Of a stretch of 64,000 bases of DNA, positions 27,231-41,960 are shown piece by piece. The notes under the pieces are model-generated. The model made no database searches, was not told where the DNA came from, and worked only from the letters and a program-made list of their open reading frames with translations. A program made the position numbers and the translations under genes. Numbering within the stretch: the first letter of the stretch is position 1; each line of letters opens with the position of its first letter. The DNA comes from Octopus vulgaris (taxonomy: Eukaryota), in assembly GCA_951406725.2 (NCBI GenBank), contig OX597825.1, positions 30,442,001 through 30,506,000 on the forward strand, read 5' to 3'.

Positions 27231-27740
27231 GAAGAAAGAGGTAAAAACAATATTTTTACAGCATGATAACAAAAATAATAATATAATAACAATATTGATA
27301 ATAACAATAGTCATAATAAGAACAATAATAAGTACAACATCAGCAAGAATGATAACAATAATAATACTTATTATTATCACCATCATTCTATAAGTATCTA
27401 TGAACTTATTTCTCTCTTTCCCTTTCTTTCTCTTTCTATAAATACATGCATACATAATATACATACATACACTCACACACATGCATGCAAACATACACAT
27501 GCACACACACACACACACACACATACACACATATATATATATATATGTATGTATGTATATATATATATATATCATAATAATAATAATAATAATGATAATA
27601 ATATAGATAATGATAATAACATTATAGTTACTAAGGAATACTAAATATTCTCAGGTATTCTTTGCACTTATTTTAAACTTATGCTTTGCTTTCCTGTTTA
27701 CTCTTAATACACACAAGCTCACTCTCTTGCTCTCCCCACT

Positions 27741-27782
<42 letters not shown>

Positions 27783-28412
27783 GTATATAAATATACATAC
27801 AAACATCACACACACACACGTGATATAAGGATAATTTGTATTACACTCTCCTTTACTTGCAAATAGGGTCAGATGTGAATAGTCTGAATCAACCCATGGA
27901 CATAATAAACAAAGTAGCTTCTAAACATACTTCTTACATGAAAACCTGAAAGCACTAAAAGAATGCATGGTGCTTTCTTATTATAGTCTTAGCATCAATT
28001 TTCCTCACATAACCTGTTACTGAACATTTTGGTCTTTTGGTATTCCTTTAGGCAACCCTTGTATCCTGCTGTCTAACATTGTTGCTTCTTACGCAAATTC
28101 CTTAATCATTAATACTATCCAGAAAAGTACACAATACCTTTTACATCATACACATCGCCCACTCACAACACATTGCCATCACAGATCCTTTCTAGTCAAA
28201 TTTTTATGCATCATAACATTACACATGTAACTGGTGTATATGACGTTAAGTTACATTATTTAGCAAACATTGCTGAACTTTTATTATGTTCAGTATGCAT
28301 TTCAGCTACTTTGCATTTTCAGACTTCACACATCGTCCACATGTGTCTCTCTCTAGGCAACTATTTATATATATATATATATGTGTATGTGTGCATGTAT
28401 GTGTGTGTATAT

Positions 28413-28466
<54 letters not shown>

Positions 28467-28573
28467 TCGGGGTGAGTACTTGATAATTATAAGCACCTGT
28501 GTATACCGTTTGGTGGTGTAGGTGGTGGAGTAAATTGATCAAAATAAAATAAAAACATGATGCGAAGGATTCA

Positions 28574-28651
28574 GCGGTACATATGTTTCGGGCCTTTATT
28601 AGACAGATTTATAACAATGCATAATGTATGTCTGTGGCCTTCTTCAGCCGC
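28574..28651 (-). ncRNA. Type I hammerhead ribozyme (Penelope-type, palindromic helix III)
   Basis: RC gcgg-CTGAAGA-aggcc..ggccc-GAAA-catatg-TA-ccgc. Confidence 0.78.
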
Positions 28652-29453
28652 GCACAACAGCTTCCGCAAGTACATGTGTTACATCAAAAATTCTTGGTTG
28701 GGGATGCAAATCCTCTCATTCACGTACGACATAATGCGGCAGCAGCATAGAATTGAAGCGTCCATCTCTTTCTTCTCTCAATGTAGAATGAGGAAAATTG
28801 GATGTTGAGGTAATGTAAATAAATAAATACATATATAGAGGTGAAGATGGAGGGACGAGAGTTCGGGACGAGGGATAAAAAATGTATAAAAAGTGTAAGT
28901 ATAGAATAATATAAAAATATAAAAATGTAGAGGATAAAGATATAAAGAGTTGTAAGGAGATGTAAAGGGGGTATAGAGAAATATAAAGAAATGTAAATAA
29001 ATGTAAAGGCATAAGGTTATAAAGTAAAAATAGAAATAGAAATAAAAGTAAAAAAATCTGATAAGACCATGATAAAAGTGTAAAAGAATGTAAAGATAAG
29101 GGGTGTATAGAGGTTACGGACCAAGCATGGTGGTCAGGAGATTGATAAAATTTAGTTGTAGAATTGTCAGTAAATCAACAGTAAATCAACAGTTTCATCT
29201 GGGGACTTAATGCGTTGTAAATCAGAGCTGATGAGCATTTAATCTGGTTCCTTGAATTAAATGGACTTCTAGTACATACATATCATCATGGATACATACA
29301 CCCACATACACGCGTACATATACGCCTCCAAGCATATAAGCATGCACACGCACTCGCATGTAAACACGTACATAAACACACACGCACCCACACGCACGCA
29401 CGCACACACACATACATACACCAGAATATCCGCATATATACATGAGGTAATGT

Positions 29454-29643
<190 letters not shown>

Positions 29644-29929
29644 AGAGGGAGAGGGAGATGTGCATGTGTGTGTATTGATTTTTAACTTCTTATATATCAC
29701 TCTGTGTGAAAACCAGTTTGGAGACCATCCACAGTTTTACAATATAGAATTGTAATGACCTATAACTTTGGATCCTGTTATAAGAATACCTGCAGTTCTT
29801 CACTAATCTAAAAATTACTGTTAGCCTGGTGTGCCAACAGGGAGCTTATGATGTATTTTGCCTGGATTGCTAATCTCTCACTATTCAGTCTCTCTCTCTT
29901 TCTCTTTCTCTCTCTCTCTCTCTCTCTCA

Positions 29930-29967
<38 letters not shown>

Positions 29968-30172
29968 GTACATATATTTGGAAGTCTATGAGACTTAATA
30001 TGGTTTTGAAGTGTAAAGGTGATGTAAAAAAAAAATTATCTTTTAAAGAAATGTTATAAAGTCTTTTATAAGGATGTTACAAACCTTTTTTTAGGAAGAA
30101 GTTTTTTCCAAGATTATAAGTGCTTTCAATTAACCTTTTCAAATACACACACACACACACATGCATATATAT

Positions 30173-30233
<61 letters not shown>

Positions 30234-30236
30234 CAT

Positions 30237-30268
<32 letters not shown>

Positions 30269-31156
30269 GAGAGGTAGTCAAAGAATGATTACTTTCGGTT
30301 ATTACTAGTCAGGAAATCATGAAGTGGCATAAATTGGAGACTGTTGGTATATTTTAAATGTGCAATTTGTGTATATTTACAAGATGAAAACATTTTTTAC
30401 GTATGTTGTAATATCTCTGTTCATTTAAAAAAAACTCGTTGGAAACAGCTGTAGTGAATGAATCTGTTATTTATTTATTATTCACCTTGTTCAGAACCTG
30501 TTATTAGAGTGGATCTTTAGTCTATTAAGAGCAGTACAACTGGTGCAGTATGTGTTCCTAAATACAACCTTGAGATGCATGATATACTCAGCCAGGTACA
30601 CTTAGTCATATATACAACTGGGATAATAATCTGTCTGTACTTTGGTATGTAGGTATTTGTTCTTATGATTTTGTAATATGCATGATTCCCTTTGTTTCAC
30701 CCAACTTAGTGCTTTACCATTTAAGTACCTGATTCACCTGAATCCTCAGCCATTCACTAATGGTCCTGTCTTGAACCAGATTCATTCATGTTTGTATGTC
30801 CACTTTTGTGCTGCATATCTATCCATTTAGTGTTTGCTTTTTCTTGTTATGTTTTGGTCCCATTTTCCAACAACTTGTTTTGTTGCTGGCATCATTTGAA
30901 GGGAAGCAATATTATAATTAAAGGCACAAAATTATGTTTGATCCTCCAGAAAATAGCTGATGATGAGTTGGTGACCTTCTGTGTTTGATTTCCATTTGTT
31001 TGTGCATTTATTACATGTTTGTACCTCATATATATATGTATGTACATATTCACATATATATGTACATATCTTTGTATATACGAGGGTTTGATAAAAAGTT
31101 CATAGGTTGACCATTGAATATCTGTCTATCTATCTAACTATCTATCTATCTATCTA

Positions 31157-31203
<47 letters not shown>

Positions 31204-31221
31204 CTATTTATTTAGCTATCT

Positions 31222-31254
<33 letters not shown>

Positions 31255-31255
<1 letters not shown>

Positions 31256-31460
31256 AAAAAGTAACAACAAAAGAATGAGGCCTTGATATTAGATAAATAG
31301 AGGAGTATTCATATATGTTATAATTCAGAACAAACAGTAAAGTGCTGTCATTATAGTACTCGGAGTTTTGAATATCAGAGTGAACAGCTACGATGCTTTC
31401 TTGTCGGCTATTAATGGCAACAGACGCTATGAAAAACGATTAGATAAAAGAGAAGTTACT
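31255..31460 (-). mobile_element. Decayed Penelope-like terminal repeat related to 7330-7550
   Basis: Shares aaaagaatgagg..gatatt..taaatagagg with the reverse complement of 7490-7535. Confidence 0.5.
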
Positions 31461-32639
31461 CTAATAGGTAGAAAAAGAAAAAAATGGAAAAAATACATGC
31501 AACCATATTATCACAATACATAGACATAAACCTCTTGCATTCACAACGTCTACATACAAACACACACACACACAAAGATGTATGCATACATGCACATACA
31601 CACACACACACATATGTGTATATACGTACTCATACACACACACATCCACACACACACACACATGTATATATATACATATATATGCATATGTGTATGCAAT
31701 CTCATCCTTATATACACAAAGGTGTTTACATCCATACACATAACATAATACGTATATATTTAGACATTTATACATATAAATATATGCATATATATACAGA
31801 AATACGTTTACACTCCCACATACACACATATTCATATATATCTATGAACATATATATATATATGTATATATACACCCTCCCATCACACACCTACACCCAC
31901 ACATATACAAACTTGTATATTCGTATAAATGAAGGGGACATGTGCATGAAAGTTGCACATATGCACCAGAGAGTCTTACACTCATATACATATATATATA
32001 TATACACACACATACACATGCATACACATATATACATATGAAATATATACATATACTCACACACATACACATTCACACAATTAAAAATGAAAAAGGAAGA
32101 GTATGAAAAAATATATATAAAAAATAAAAACACTGAAAGAAGCCCATCGTATATATATATATATATATATTTGTGCATGTGTCTGTGTTTGGGCACCCCC
32201 ACCATCACATGACAACTGATGTTGGCGTGTTTACATTCCCGTAACTTAGTGGTTCAGCAAAAGAGTCCGATGAGTACTAGGCTTACAAAGAATAAGTCCT
32301 AGGGTCGATTTGTTCGAATATTTATATATATGTATAAATAGGTATATTTTCATTATCATCATCATCGTTGTTGTCATTTAATGCTTGCTTTCCATGCTGG
32401 CATGGGTTGGACAGCTTGACATGTAGCTGGCAAGTCTGCCGGCCTCACGAGGTTCTATTGTTTGTTCTGGCATGATAACTACAACTTGATGCCCTTCCTA
32501 ACATAAACCCCTTTACAGAGTGTGCTGGGTGCTTTTTATGTGGCACCATCACCGGTATCAATTCTGCTGTGGTGGACAGGTCTGTTAAGCAGCAGAAATT
32601 ATCCACTACCACTAAAGAGTCTCTGAAGCATTTAAAAAA

Positions 32640-32830
32640 ATTGATTTCCTAAATAACTGTAGGGCTTTTGTGCATCTTCCACATACAAACACTGTTTGAT
32701 AACCTTCCTATAATTTCACCACAGTTCTTGTATGTCCATAGGCTGCACTGAGTACACCATAGGAAATTCCTAATTGCACCTTTCCTGCATATTGAGCAGG
32801 GCCATTAAGCTGATAGGAAAAGGACCCTGT
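32640..32830 (-). mobile_element. RTE LINE relic (Cys-rich insertion in the RT region)
   Basis: RC translates WPCSICRKGAIRNFLWCTQCSLWTYKNC. Confidence 0.65.
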
Positions 32831-34039
32831 TCAATTTCTTGCTTACTAGAACATATACATATTTCTTTTCTTTTTCCGCTGTTTTCCCTCTGTCTTCCTC
32901 TAATCTCTTTATCATTATTTATCTATCTAGTCCAATATAAGACATAAATGAATTTTGATTGAGTCCATTGTAGCTGTCAGTGCCCACTGATTTCTGAACT
33001 GCAAGATTCCACCACAACCAGTTATATTGAGAAAGTTCTCAACATCTTTTCACTCTCTGTGAAGATGGTTAGTAAAGAGGGTCACTCTACATCTTGTAAT
33101 ATATTCTCCTAACTAATTTTATTCACCTGACAAAAACAGGTTTTTTTGACGTATTCTTTATAATTGAAATTATCATCAATAAAAAATGTGCCTGAAACAG
33201 ATGTAGTGAACCCTTAAACCCATTTGTGTTCTTCTTTTATGCGAACACATACACACACATATATATATATATATTATGTGTATATAAATACATAGGTAAT
33301 TGTGAGAAATATGTCAGCAACACAGAAACAAAACAATGTTTCTTTTATACTTCAGCATTATTGGACAAGCATACAATAGTTAATAGGCAATGGTTTTGTT
33401 TATTTTCTCTGAGAATATTCCTTGTTGCTACTGAAAAACTTTACCCATTCATAATGAGAAGAATAAGGAAACCCTATGCAAAAGAATAATAATAATGATA
33501 ATAACAACAACAACAACAGCAACAACAACAACAGTCACAGCAACAACAACAACATCATCATCATCAACAACAACAACAACAACAGATTCCTTTGCACATA
33601 TAGGAACTGTTTGAGGTAAAAAAAAAAATGTCTATGCATTAAATTTACGATATCACGCCAAAATTTCTGTAATATTTCCAAGACAACTGCTATGCACATA
33701 TTTGAATGATAAAAGGATAGGAAATCTTCAAAGAGAGTCATGTGATCTTGTTTTATTCAAGTACAATTATTATTTACTGCTGCTGAAGTTGTTAACTACA
33801 CATGTATCAACATTTTATTGCCTTATTAGCTTGCAATGACAAAGATAACTACCTACATTTAAATCATTGAAAAAAAATTTTTTTTTTTCAAATATTTTTT
33901 CTTTATTTTATTCTTTTTAAAGTTTTTGTCTCAGAGATAGAAGATTAAGTGAATAAATTCTGATATCAACAAAAATAGATACACTCAAAGATCAGACTTC
34001 AAAACTTGGAAAAAAAAAATCATAAGAAAAAGAGAGAAA

Positions 34040-34057
34040 TTAATATTATTGAATATT

Positions 34058-34094
<37 letters not shown>

Positions 34095-34138
34095 ATGTGT
34101 GTTTGTATATATACATGTATGTATGTATATATGTATAT

Positions 34139-34187
<49 letters not shown>

Positions 34188-34761
34188 TACATATATATTT
34201 GTGTGTATATATGTATATATATATATATACATACATACATATATGATTGTATATATGTATGTACATATGTGTGTGTGTGTGTTTGTATGTGAACATGTGT
34301 GTAGGGATATGTATATATGTATATACATGTATGTGCATGTATGTATATGCATATATATGTATATGTAAATTATATGTATATATGTATATATATATATATA
34401 TGTATATATATGCACACACATACACATACTCATGCATACAAACATATATACATGTGGAGAGAGGTTATACGTGTGATAAGTAGGTACTCACACACACACA
34501 CACATACACACATATAGAAATACACATTTGCATGCTTCTGTTCATATATTAGACACATATACACCTATTTTTATATAAATATGGGTTTGTGTATAGGGGT
34601 GGTGCATGTGTAACATTATTCATTGCTATATGTTCATAAATGTATTCGCAATTGCAATGTGACTGTATGTGTGTGCATGCATGTGTGTGTGTGTGTATAT
34701 GTACGTATATATGTATATGGATATATGTGTGCATGTATGTGTATATATATATATACATATG

Positions 34762-34795
<34 letters not shown>

Positions 34796-34826
34796 TGTAT
34801 GTATGTATGTATGTATGTGTGTGTGA

Positions 34827-34858
<32 letters not shown>

Positions 34859-34990
34859 ATGTATGTATGTATGTATGCATGTATGCATGTATGTATGTAT
34901 GTATGTATGTATGCATGTATGTATGTATGTATGTATGTATGTATGTATGTATGTATGTATGTATGTATGTATGTATGTATGTATGTATAA
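34040..34990. repeat. TA/TG/(TATG)n microsatellite field
   Basis: Seen directly. Confidence 0.93.
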
Positions 34991-35094
34991 ATTTATGGGT
35001 ATATATCTTTGTATCTGCAGGTAATTGTAAGCATTGGCTCTCTGAATATGCTCTTATTTTTTTGTGCTCATGTCAAAAGAAAATTGTTAATATT

Positions 35095-35307
35095 CTTTTC
35101 TGCTCTAGGTATAAGGCTCGAAATTTTGAGGGAGGGGGCCAGTCGATTATATCAACCCCAGTACGCAACTGGTACTTAATTTATGAATTCAAAAGCATGT
35201 AAGGTAAAGTCAACCTTGGCAGAATTTGAACCCAGAAAGTAAAGACACAGAAAATACCACTAAGCATTTCACCCAGCATGCTAGTGTTTCTACCTGCTCG
35301 CTGCCTT
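35095..35307 (-). mobile_element. SINE family B with 16-bp TSD
   Basis: gaaaattgttaatatt at 35079-35094 and 35308-35323. Confidence 0.9.
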
Positions 35308-36045
35308 GAAAATTGTTAATATTAATTGACCAAACAACCTGAGATATCCCAAGCTCTTGCTTTTTGATGTATTGTCCCTATCCTGTCTCCATTACTAACA
35401 TCCAGGCACATCCTTTATGCCATGTATACAACCTTACCTCATCACTCAAACTTTTGTTCTATATTGGATACTGACCATTTATCTATCAGAACTGGTGCTT
35501 AAAAACCTGTTGCAGTCTTCCTAAACCATATGGCTCTGAGTTCAGTTGCACTGCTTGGCACCTTGAACACATCTATTTTACTATAGCCATGAGCCAACCA
35601 AAGACTTGTGAGTGGATTTCATAGAAAGAAATTGAAAGAAGCCCATTTTGTATATATATATATATACACATAGGTGTGTGAGTCTGTGTTTTTCCCTCAC
35701 CACCGTTTGTCAACCAATGGGGGTGTATTTATGCTCCTGTAATTTAAGGGTTGGCAAAAGAGACCGATAGAAAAAGTACCAGGCTTAAAAAAGATGTACT
35801 CTGGTCAAGTCATTCAACTAAAATTCTCCAAGGTGTTATTCTGACATGGCCACAGTCAAATTACTGGACACAAAAGAACCAGATTCTACACTTGTACTTT
35901 GTCCTGACATTATTCTATTATTCTTTTATTTGTTTCAGAAATTTGACTGCAGCCATGCTGGAGCACTGTCTTTTGTAAAACAAATCGACCCCAGGACGTA
36001 TTCTTTGTAAACCTAGTACTTATTCTATCGGTCCCTTTGTTTTAT

Positions 36046-36890
36046 TGGCCTTCCTGCACATGTGGGACTCAAACCTATATCCCTTCATTAATGCGACTAA
36101 GTGTGTGACCGATTACTCCAGCAAACCAGCCTGCTCCTTCCTGTCAAATTTAAGAACTATATTAGTTCATAGTTGTTTTATGGGCTTTCAGTGTGAATGG
36201 TTTTGTAAAGTGGTGTTGAGTTTTACAATTCTGTAAATAATAATAATGGTACTGTGTGAATATGTGTGTATAATGACCACCATACAAATGGCTAAGGAAA
36301 ATAGTATAATAATGGGGTATATAAGCCCTTGACAGAAAAAAGTAGGCTTTCCTGTATGCCCACATCCACACAAACCCACATCCATTTGTTAACACAACTG
36401 TGTTACCAATTACACCGGCGAACTAGCCTGCACTTTTCTGTCAAATTTAAGAACTATATGTCCCATTATTTTGACTGTTTTTCTTAATTACTTGCACGGT
36501 GATTGCTATAAGCTTTAAGCTTATAAAAAATACCATTATTACTGTTTACAAAATTGTAAAACTCAAAACCACAACGAAAGCATATAAAGTTTGTTTACAA
36601 AAACAATTACGAACTAATATAGTTCTTAAATTTGACAGAAAGGAGCAGGCTGGTTCACTGGTGTAATTGATAACACACTTAGTCATGTTAACCAAGGGGA
36701 TGTGGGTTCAAGTCCCACGTGTACAGGAAAGACTACTTTTTTCTATCGAGGGCTTATATGCACCATTATTAGACTATTTTCCTTAGTCATTTGCACGGTG
36801 ATCACTATAAGCTTTAAGATTATAAAAAAAATGCCATTATTATTACAGAATTGTAAGACTTGACACTGCTTAACAAAACCATATGCACTG
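36046..36890. repeat. Fold-back array of a ~300-bp tRNA-headed repeat
   Basis: About 1.4 units on minus (36046-36459) and 1.4 units on plus (36462-36890); A-box-like tggtgtaattga at 36659 and B-box ggttcaagtcc at 36705. Confidence 0.8.
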
Positions 36891-36930
<40 letters not shown>

Positions 36931-37262
36931 GATGGGCTTCTTTCAGTTTCTGTCTACCAGATCCACTCACAAGGCATCGGTTGGCCTGAGGCTGTAGTAG
37001 AAGACTCTTGTCCAAGACTCTGAACCCAGAACAATATCGTTGATATGCAAGATACTTACCACACACCCACTCCTGCACCTATGTATGTGTATGTTTCTTT
37101 AACTGTATGCGTGTGTGCATCTGGAAGGGTATCCAGCTGTAAAATCAGACACAATGGCCTTGGGTAGATTTTCTACCTGGATGGCTCCTGTCAACTGTCT
37201 TACCCATGCATGCATGGAAGATAGACGTTAAACAATGATGATGATATATACATATGCATTTA

Positions 37263-37624
37263 TCAAAGTTGACACTATTATATATCCAATATGGTCAATG
37301 TTACTAATCAGTTTTGCACTAGGCATGCAATAGAGTGTTAGGTAACAGTCCAATTATGTAAACCTGTGCTCTTCAGAGATGGCTCTTATGGAACAAAATT
37401 ACACACATGCATATATCATCATCATCATCATCATCATCATCGTTTAGCGTCCGTTTTCCATATATATATATATACCAATATACATATATTTCATTTCATA
37501 ACTGCCATCTCTGAAGAGCACAGGGTTACATAATCAGACTGTTACCTAATACTCCAGTAAACCCTAGTGCGAAACCAACCGGTAAGATCAAGCATAATGG
37601 ATGTATAATACTGTACACTTTGAT
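37263..37624. mobile_element. Inverted pair of hammerhead-bearing repeats (Penelope pLTR-like)
   Basis: Arms about 37263-37400 and 37490-37624 are diverged reverse complements. Confidence 0.8.
37507..37588 (+). ncRNA. Canonical type I hammerhead ribozyme
   Basis: atct-CTGAAGA-gcac.agggtt..aaccct.a.gtgc-GAAA-cc(aacc)gg-TA-agat; all core nucleotides and three stems present. Confidence 0.85.
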
Positions 37625-38407
37625 TTATATACTCATCCTACTGACAAACATATAAATGCATTTTTTTCTGACTTATGGATTCTTAAATAGTATATACATA
37701 TAAGTGTTTTTACTTATTATATTATATTAAACTTTTTGATACTTTTTGGTTAGTTTAAAAAAAAAGTTTAAAAGTTTAAAAATTTATAAATTTAAAATTT
37801 AAAATATAAAAATATAAAAATTTATAAATATGAATTTAAAAATTTCAAATTTCAATAATCTAAATTTTAAATTTTATATTTTATATATATTTTGTATATT
37901 ATATTAATTATATTTATTTTTTTGTTTCTTATGTTTTGGTTTATGTCTATCAGTTTGAGTTGCCTAATAGTGGTTTTATCTCTAATTTGATATATATACC
38001 TAAGTACACATATGTTCATATATATGCACCAAATATCACCGATAATTTGTTATATATTTTCCCCCACTTAAATGCTGATATTCTATTAGAAGAAACTATA
38101 GTATGGTAGTTAGCATGAGAGAAACTCTCATATTGGCCTCTTCATACAAAATGCACTCTTGTTTATATTGCTAACAGGGAGATAAAACCCCACTACCTCC
38201 AGTACTGAGTCTACCAAATCATAATGATTTTGACCTTCTTTGATCTTGTCAGTGATGGACACTTGACTGCTTGAAGCAGCAGCAATTAATCTTCCCACCA
38301 GTGACATATATTGACAGTGCCAGAAAAAGCACTGGTGTCATAATTAACCAGTTAGCTTGTTAAAATTTATATATTAATGACATATATATATGTATACATA
38401 CATACAC

Positions 38408-38440
<33 letters not shown>

Positions 38441-39669
38441 TACAGGGATATTAGTGACGGGCAAAATACTTCCATGAGCTCTCTGTTGGTACACCAGGTT
38501 AGCAATATTGTTTAGATTAGTGAAGAAGTATTTTCATGGCAGTGTCCAAGTTTATGGTCATTCACGATTCTATATCATAAATCTGTGACCGGGCTCCAGT
38601 CAAACTAGTTTTTACACAAAGTGATACAGAAAATAAGGTATAAATAATGGCCATTGCATATTTTTCCTTTATTAGAGTAAATTTGCCTTACAGCTGTTTC
38701 CAGTAGTCATTATTGGTACGTTATTGGTAGGTTTAGTCAACTGGTCTATTGATCAGTTAAGGAAAATTGAATGACGTAGAAAATTAATGCTATTTTTGTC
38801 AGAGCTATTTCTGGTTATAACAGCAGAACACTGAATAAACGGTACATGCATGGAGGAAGGAGGAACAGAGAAGGGAAGAGGCAAGTGAAATAGAGACAAA
38901 GAGGAAAGGGAAGACAAGTTACAGTAAGGTGAAGAGGAGGATATGAAATACACAGTCAGATGTTACAATGTTCCTAGGAATCAACTATGCAGTTCTGTCA
39001 CAGAAGAGATGTGTGGTGCATGTGCAAGACAAAACTCTGCTGAATCCCATTGGGTTTTGATGCTGACCAGTTCATATAATTCAACCAATAGAATCACCTC
39101 TTATCCTACTCTCCTGAAACACCTTTGCACAAAATGCATGAGAAATTTCACCATCATGCTTTTTATCTAGAGTAAAATGTTATCCAAATATTGGTAAACA
39201 TCATTTTAGGTATTTAGTTGAGAAGTAAATACATTATGTTTCATTATATAATTGATGTTGAGACTAATTAAATTTGAATATTGTTCATTAAAATGATGTG
39301 AATGTGCATTTGTGTGAGCATGTGTCTATCTTGTGCTGCAAAATGTAGAAATTCTTTCCTTATGATTATTATGCATGTAATAAAATAAATAATCAATAAG
39401 GATAACAGGTACAGCCACGTAATTCTCAGTTATTGTTGTAATTTCATTGCTTCTACAAAGAGTGAACTAAATACATTCATGCATACACACATACATACAT
39501 GCATTCATGCATAGATATACATATATATATATATTCATATATACACACACACATATATATATATATATATACATATATACTCATATACATATATACATAT
39601 ATATATATCTTGTTAGTGTTTGCATTTCTACAAAAGATATACATACAGAGATACATAGTCATATACATA

Positions 39670-40090
39670 TAAACATACATACATACATATATACATACAT
39701 ACAAGCATGCATACATTCATACATACATGCATGCATGAATACATACATACGTACATACATACAGACATACATAGAAGCATGCATACATACATACATATAT
39801 ACATACATACATACATACATACAAACATACAAGCATGCATACATACATGTTTACATGCATGCATGCATGCATGCATGCATACATCCATCCATACATACAT
39901 ACATACATTCATACATACATACATACATACATGCATGCATACATACATACATACATACATACAAGCATGCATGAATACATACATGCTTACATGCATGCAT
40001 GCATACATACATGAATACATACATACATACATACATACATACATGCATGGATGCATACATACACACTTACATACATACATACATACATAC
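39670..40090. repeat. (ATAC)n/(ATGC)n microsatellite
   Basis: Seen directly. Confidence 0.93.
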
Positions 40091-40299
40091 ACATCTGCAA
40101 AACAGCCAGAAAGACAGCCAGACACAATTCGCATGCAGTTATATCGTATATAGATGGCTGTTCATTTGGAAAGAGAACAGAGCTTGTACTTCATTGAAAG
40201 AAATGAGAGATGAGCAGTAGAAGTTGCTAAAAATAGAACAACATCGTTTCTCTTGAATCAACAAGATGTGCAGGCCTGAAGCCTACTCTATTTGTCCAT

Positions 40300-41960
40300 T
40301 CCATATCATCAGATTTTTGAGAAGATTAGATTCTGGAAACCAAGAATCCACATCTCTACTATAACTTTTCCAAGACTATACACTGTTAGTTCTAAAGAAT
40401 ATAAATGCTTTCTTCTCAGAATATTATTGTTGGCTGTGAACAGAGCAATTAGCTTTGAGTGTCTGTGAATTGTATGTAGAATTCTTGGTGCAACATTAAG
40501 AAAAGAAGTTACGGAACAATGAAATTTAATAAGTAATAACAATGAATGGGTTAAATGTGTGGCTGGGGTTTCTTCCTTTGAACTTTCTTCTCATATCAGA
40601 CATTTTTTAACTTGATATGTTCTACAAATAATATTAAAAGAAAACACCAGTGTAACTCTATCAGCAATTTAAAGAAAATAAGGTTATATTAATGAAAGTG
40701 ATTTTTTTAGAAACAGCAAGAAGAAAATTGCTTGGAAGATATTAAAAACACTTTAAAGCACTCAGTTTTATGATTACCCAATCTGAAAATTAATTTAATT
40801 CCCCTCAGAAACAATACCTACCAAAACCAAAAGAAGTAGCAACAAGAGTCAGGATCTTCGAATTTTATACAAGAAATATTTCAAGGCGCTGGAGTGGCTG
40901 TGTGGTAAGTAGCTTGCTTACCAACCACATGGTTCTGGGTTCAGTCCCACTGCAAGTGTCTTTGAGGAAGTGTCTTCTACTATAGCCTCAGGCCAACCAA
41001 AGCTTGTGAGTGGATTTGGTAGACGGAAACTGAAAGAAGCCCATCGCATATATGTGTATATATATATATGTGTGTGTGTGTGTTTGTGTGTCTGTGTTTG
41101 TCCCAACATTGCTTGGCAACTGATGCTTGTATGTTTACGTCCCCGTAACTTAGCGGTTTGGCAAAAGAGACTGATAGAATAAGTACTAGGCTTACAAAGA
41201 ATAAGTCCTGAGGTTGATTTGCTTGACTAAAGGCGGTGCTCCAGCATGGCCACAGTAAATGACTAAAACAGGTAAAGAGAATGTATTATGACTGTGGATA
41301 TCAATGATATGACTGATCACAGATTCTTCTTCTTCATCGATGGTCCAGGCAGATCAGGTAAAACACATTTGTGCAATAGTCTGATTTACTATGGAACACA
41401 AAAGGAAAACCAATTCTTTGTATCTCCAGGAAATGTAGTAGATTTTCTAAGGGAGTGAATGCCACACAACAGATATAGAATTCTTATCTCTATGTGGATA
41501 CATCAACATCCTGTATGAAAATTCCTTCTGTTGTCTTTAATTGTATCTGCCAGATTTCTTCCCACATAGTCAATGAAGTACCCATGTCATCTCGCATTGC
41601 TCTCAAAATAGTTAATATTCTCTCCTGAAGAAAATAATGGAGAATGACAATTGTATGGGGGCAAAGTTCTTCTCTTTAGCGGGAACTTCAGTCACACAAG
41701 AAATACAATTCCAAGAGGCTCTTGTGCAGATATCATTAAGTCAAGCATCAAACTGTCACCACAACGAAGCATCATAAGAAAATTAAATCACAGGAGCAAG
41801 ATGAGAACATGTCTTTGTAAAACTTGCAGCAAAATTCTAGAAGATGATGTGATGATGGATGTAAGTATTACTGAAATTTATTATAAGATTGTATAAGGAA
41901 TTAGAACTGGAAAAATATATGGTGAATCTATAAATACCATAATTGAACAAGCAATCCCTG
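40300..41960 (+). mobile_element. Helitron RepHel relic (Rep C-terminal region and PIF1 helicase), interrupted by a SINE
   Basis: RLYTVSSKEYKCFLLRILLLAVNRAISFECL near 40375; Walker A FFIDGPGRSGKTHL near 41330; GGKVLLFSGNF..IPRGSCADII..MR near 41655. Confidence 0.85.
40885..41280 (+). mobile_element. SINE family A, full length
   Basis: Matches 283-690. Confidence 0.9.

Noticed and set aside
41290-41900. PIF1 helicase as a host gene
   Set aside because: Intronless, frameshifted and colinear with Helitron Rep motifs upstream; a transposon relic.
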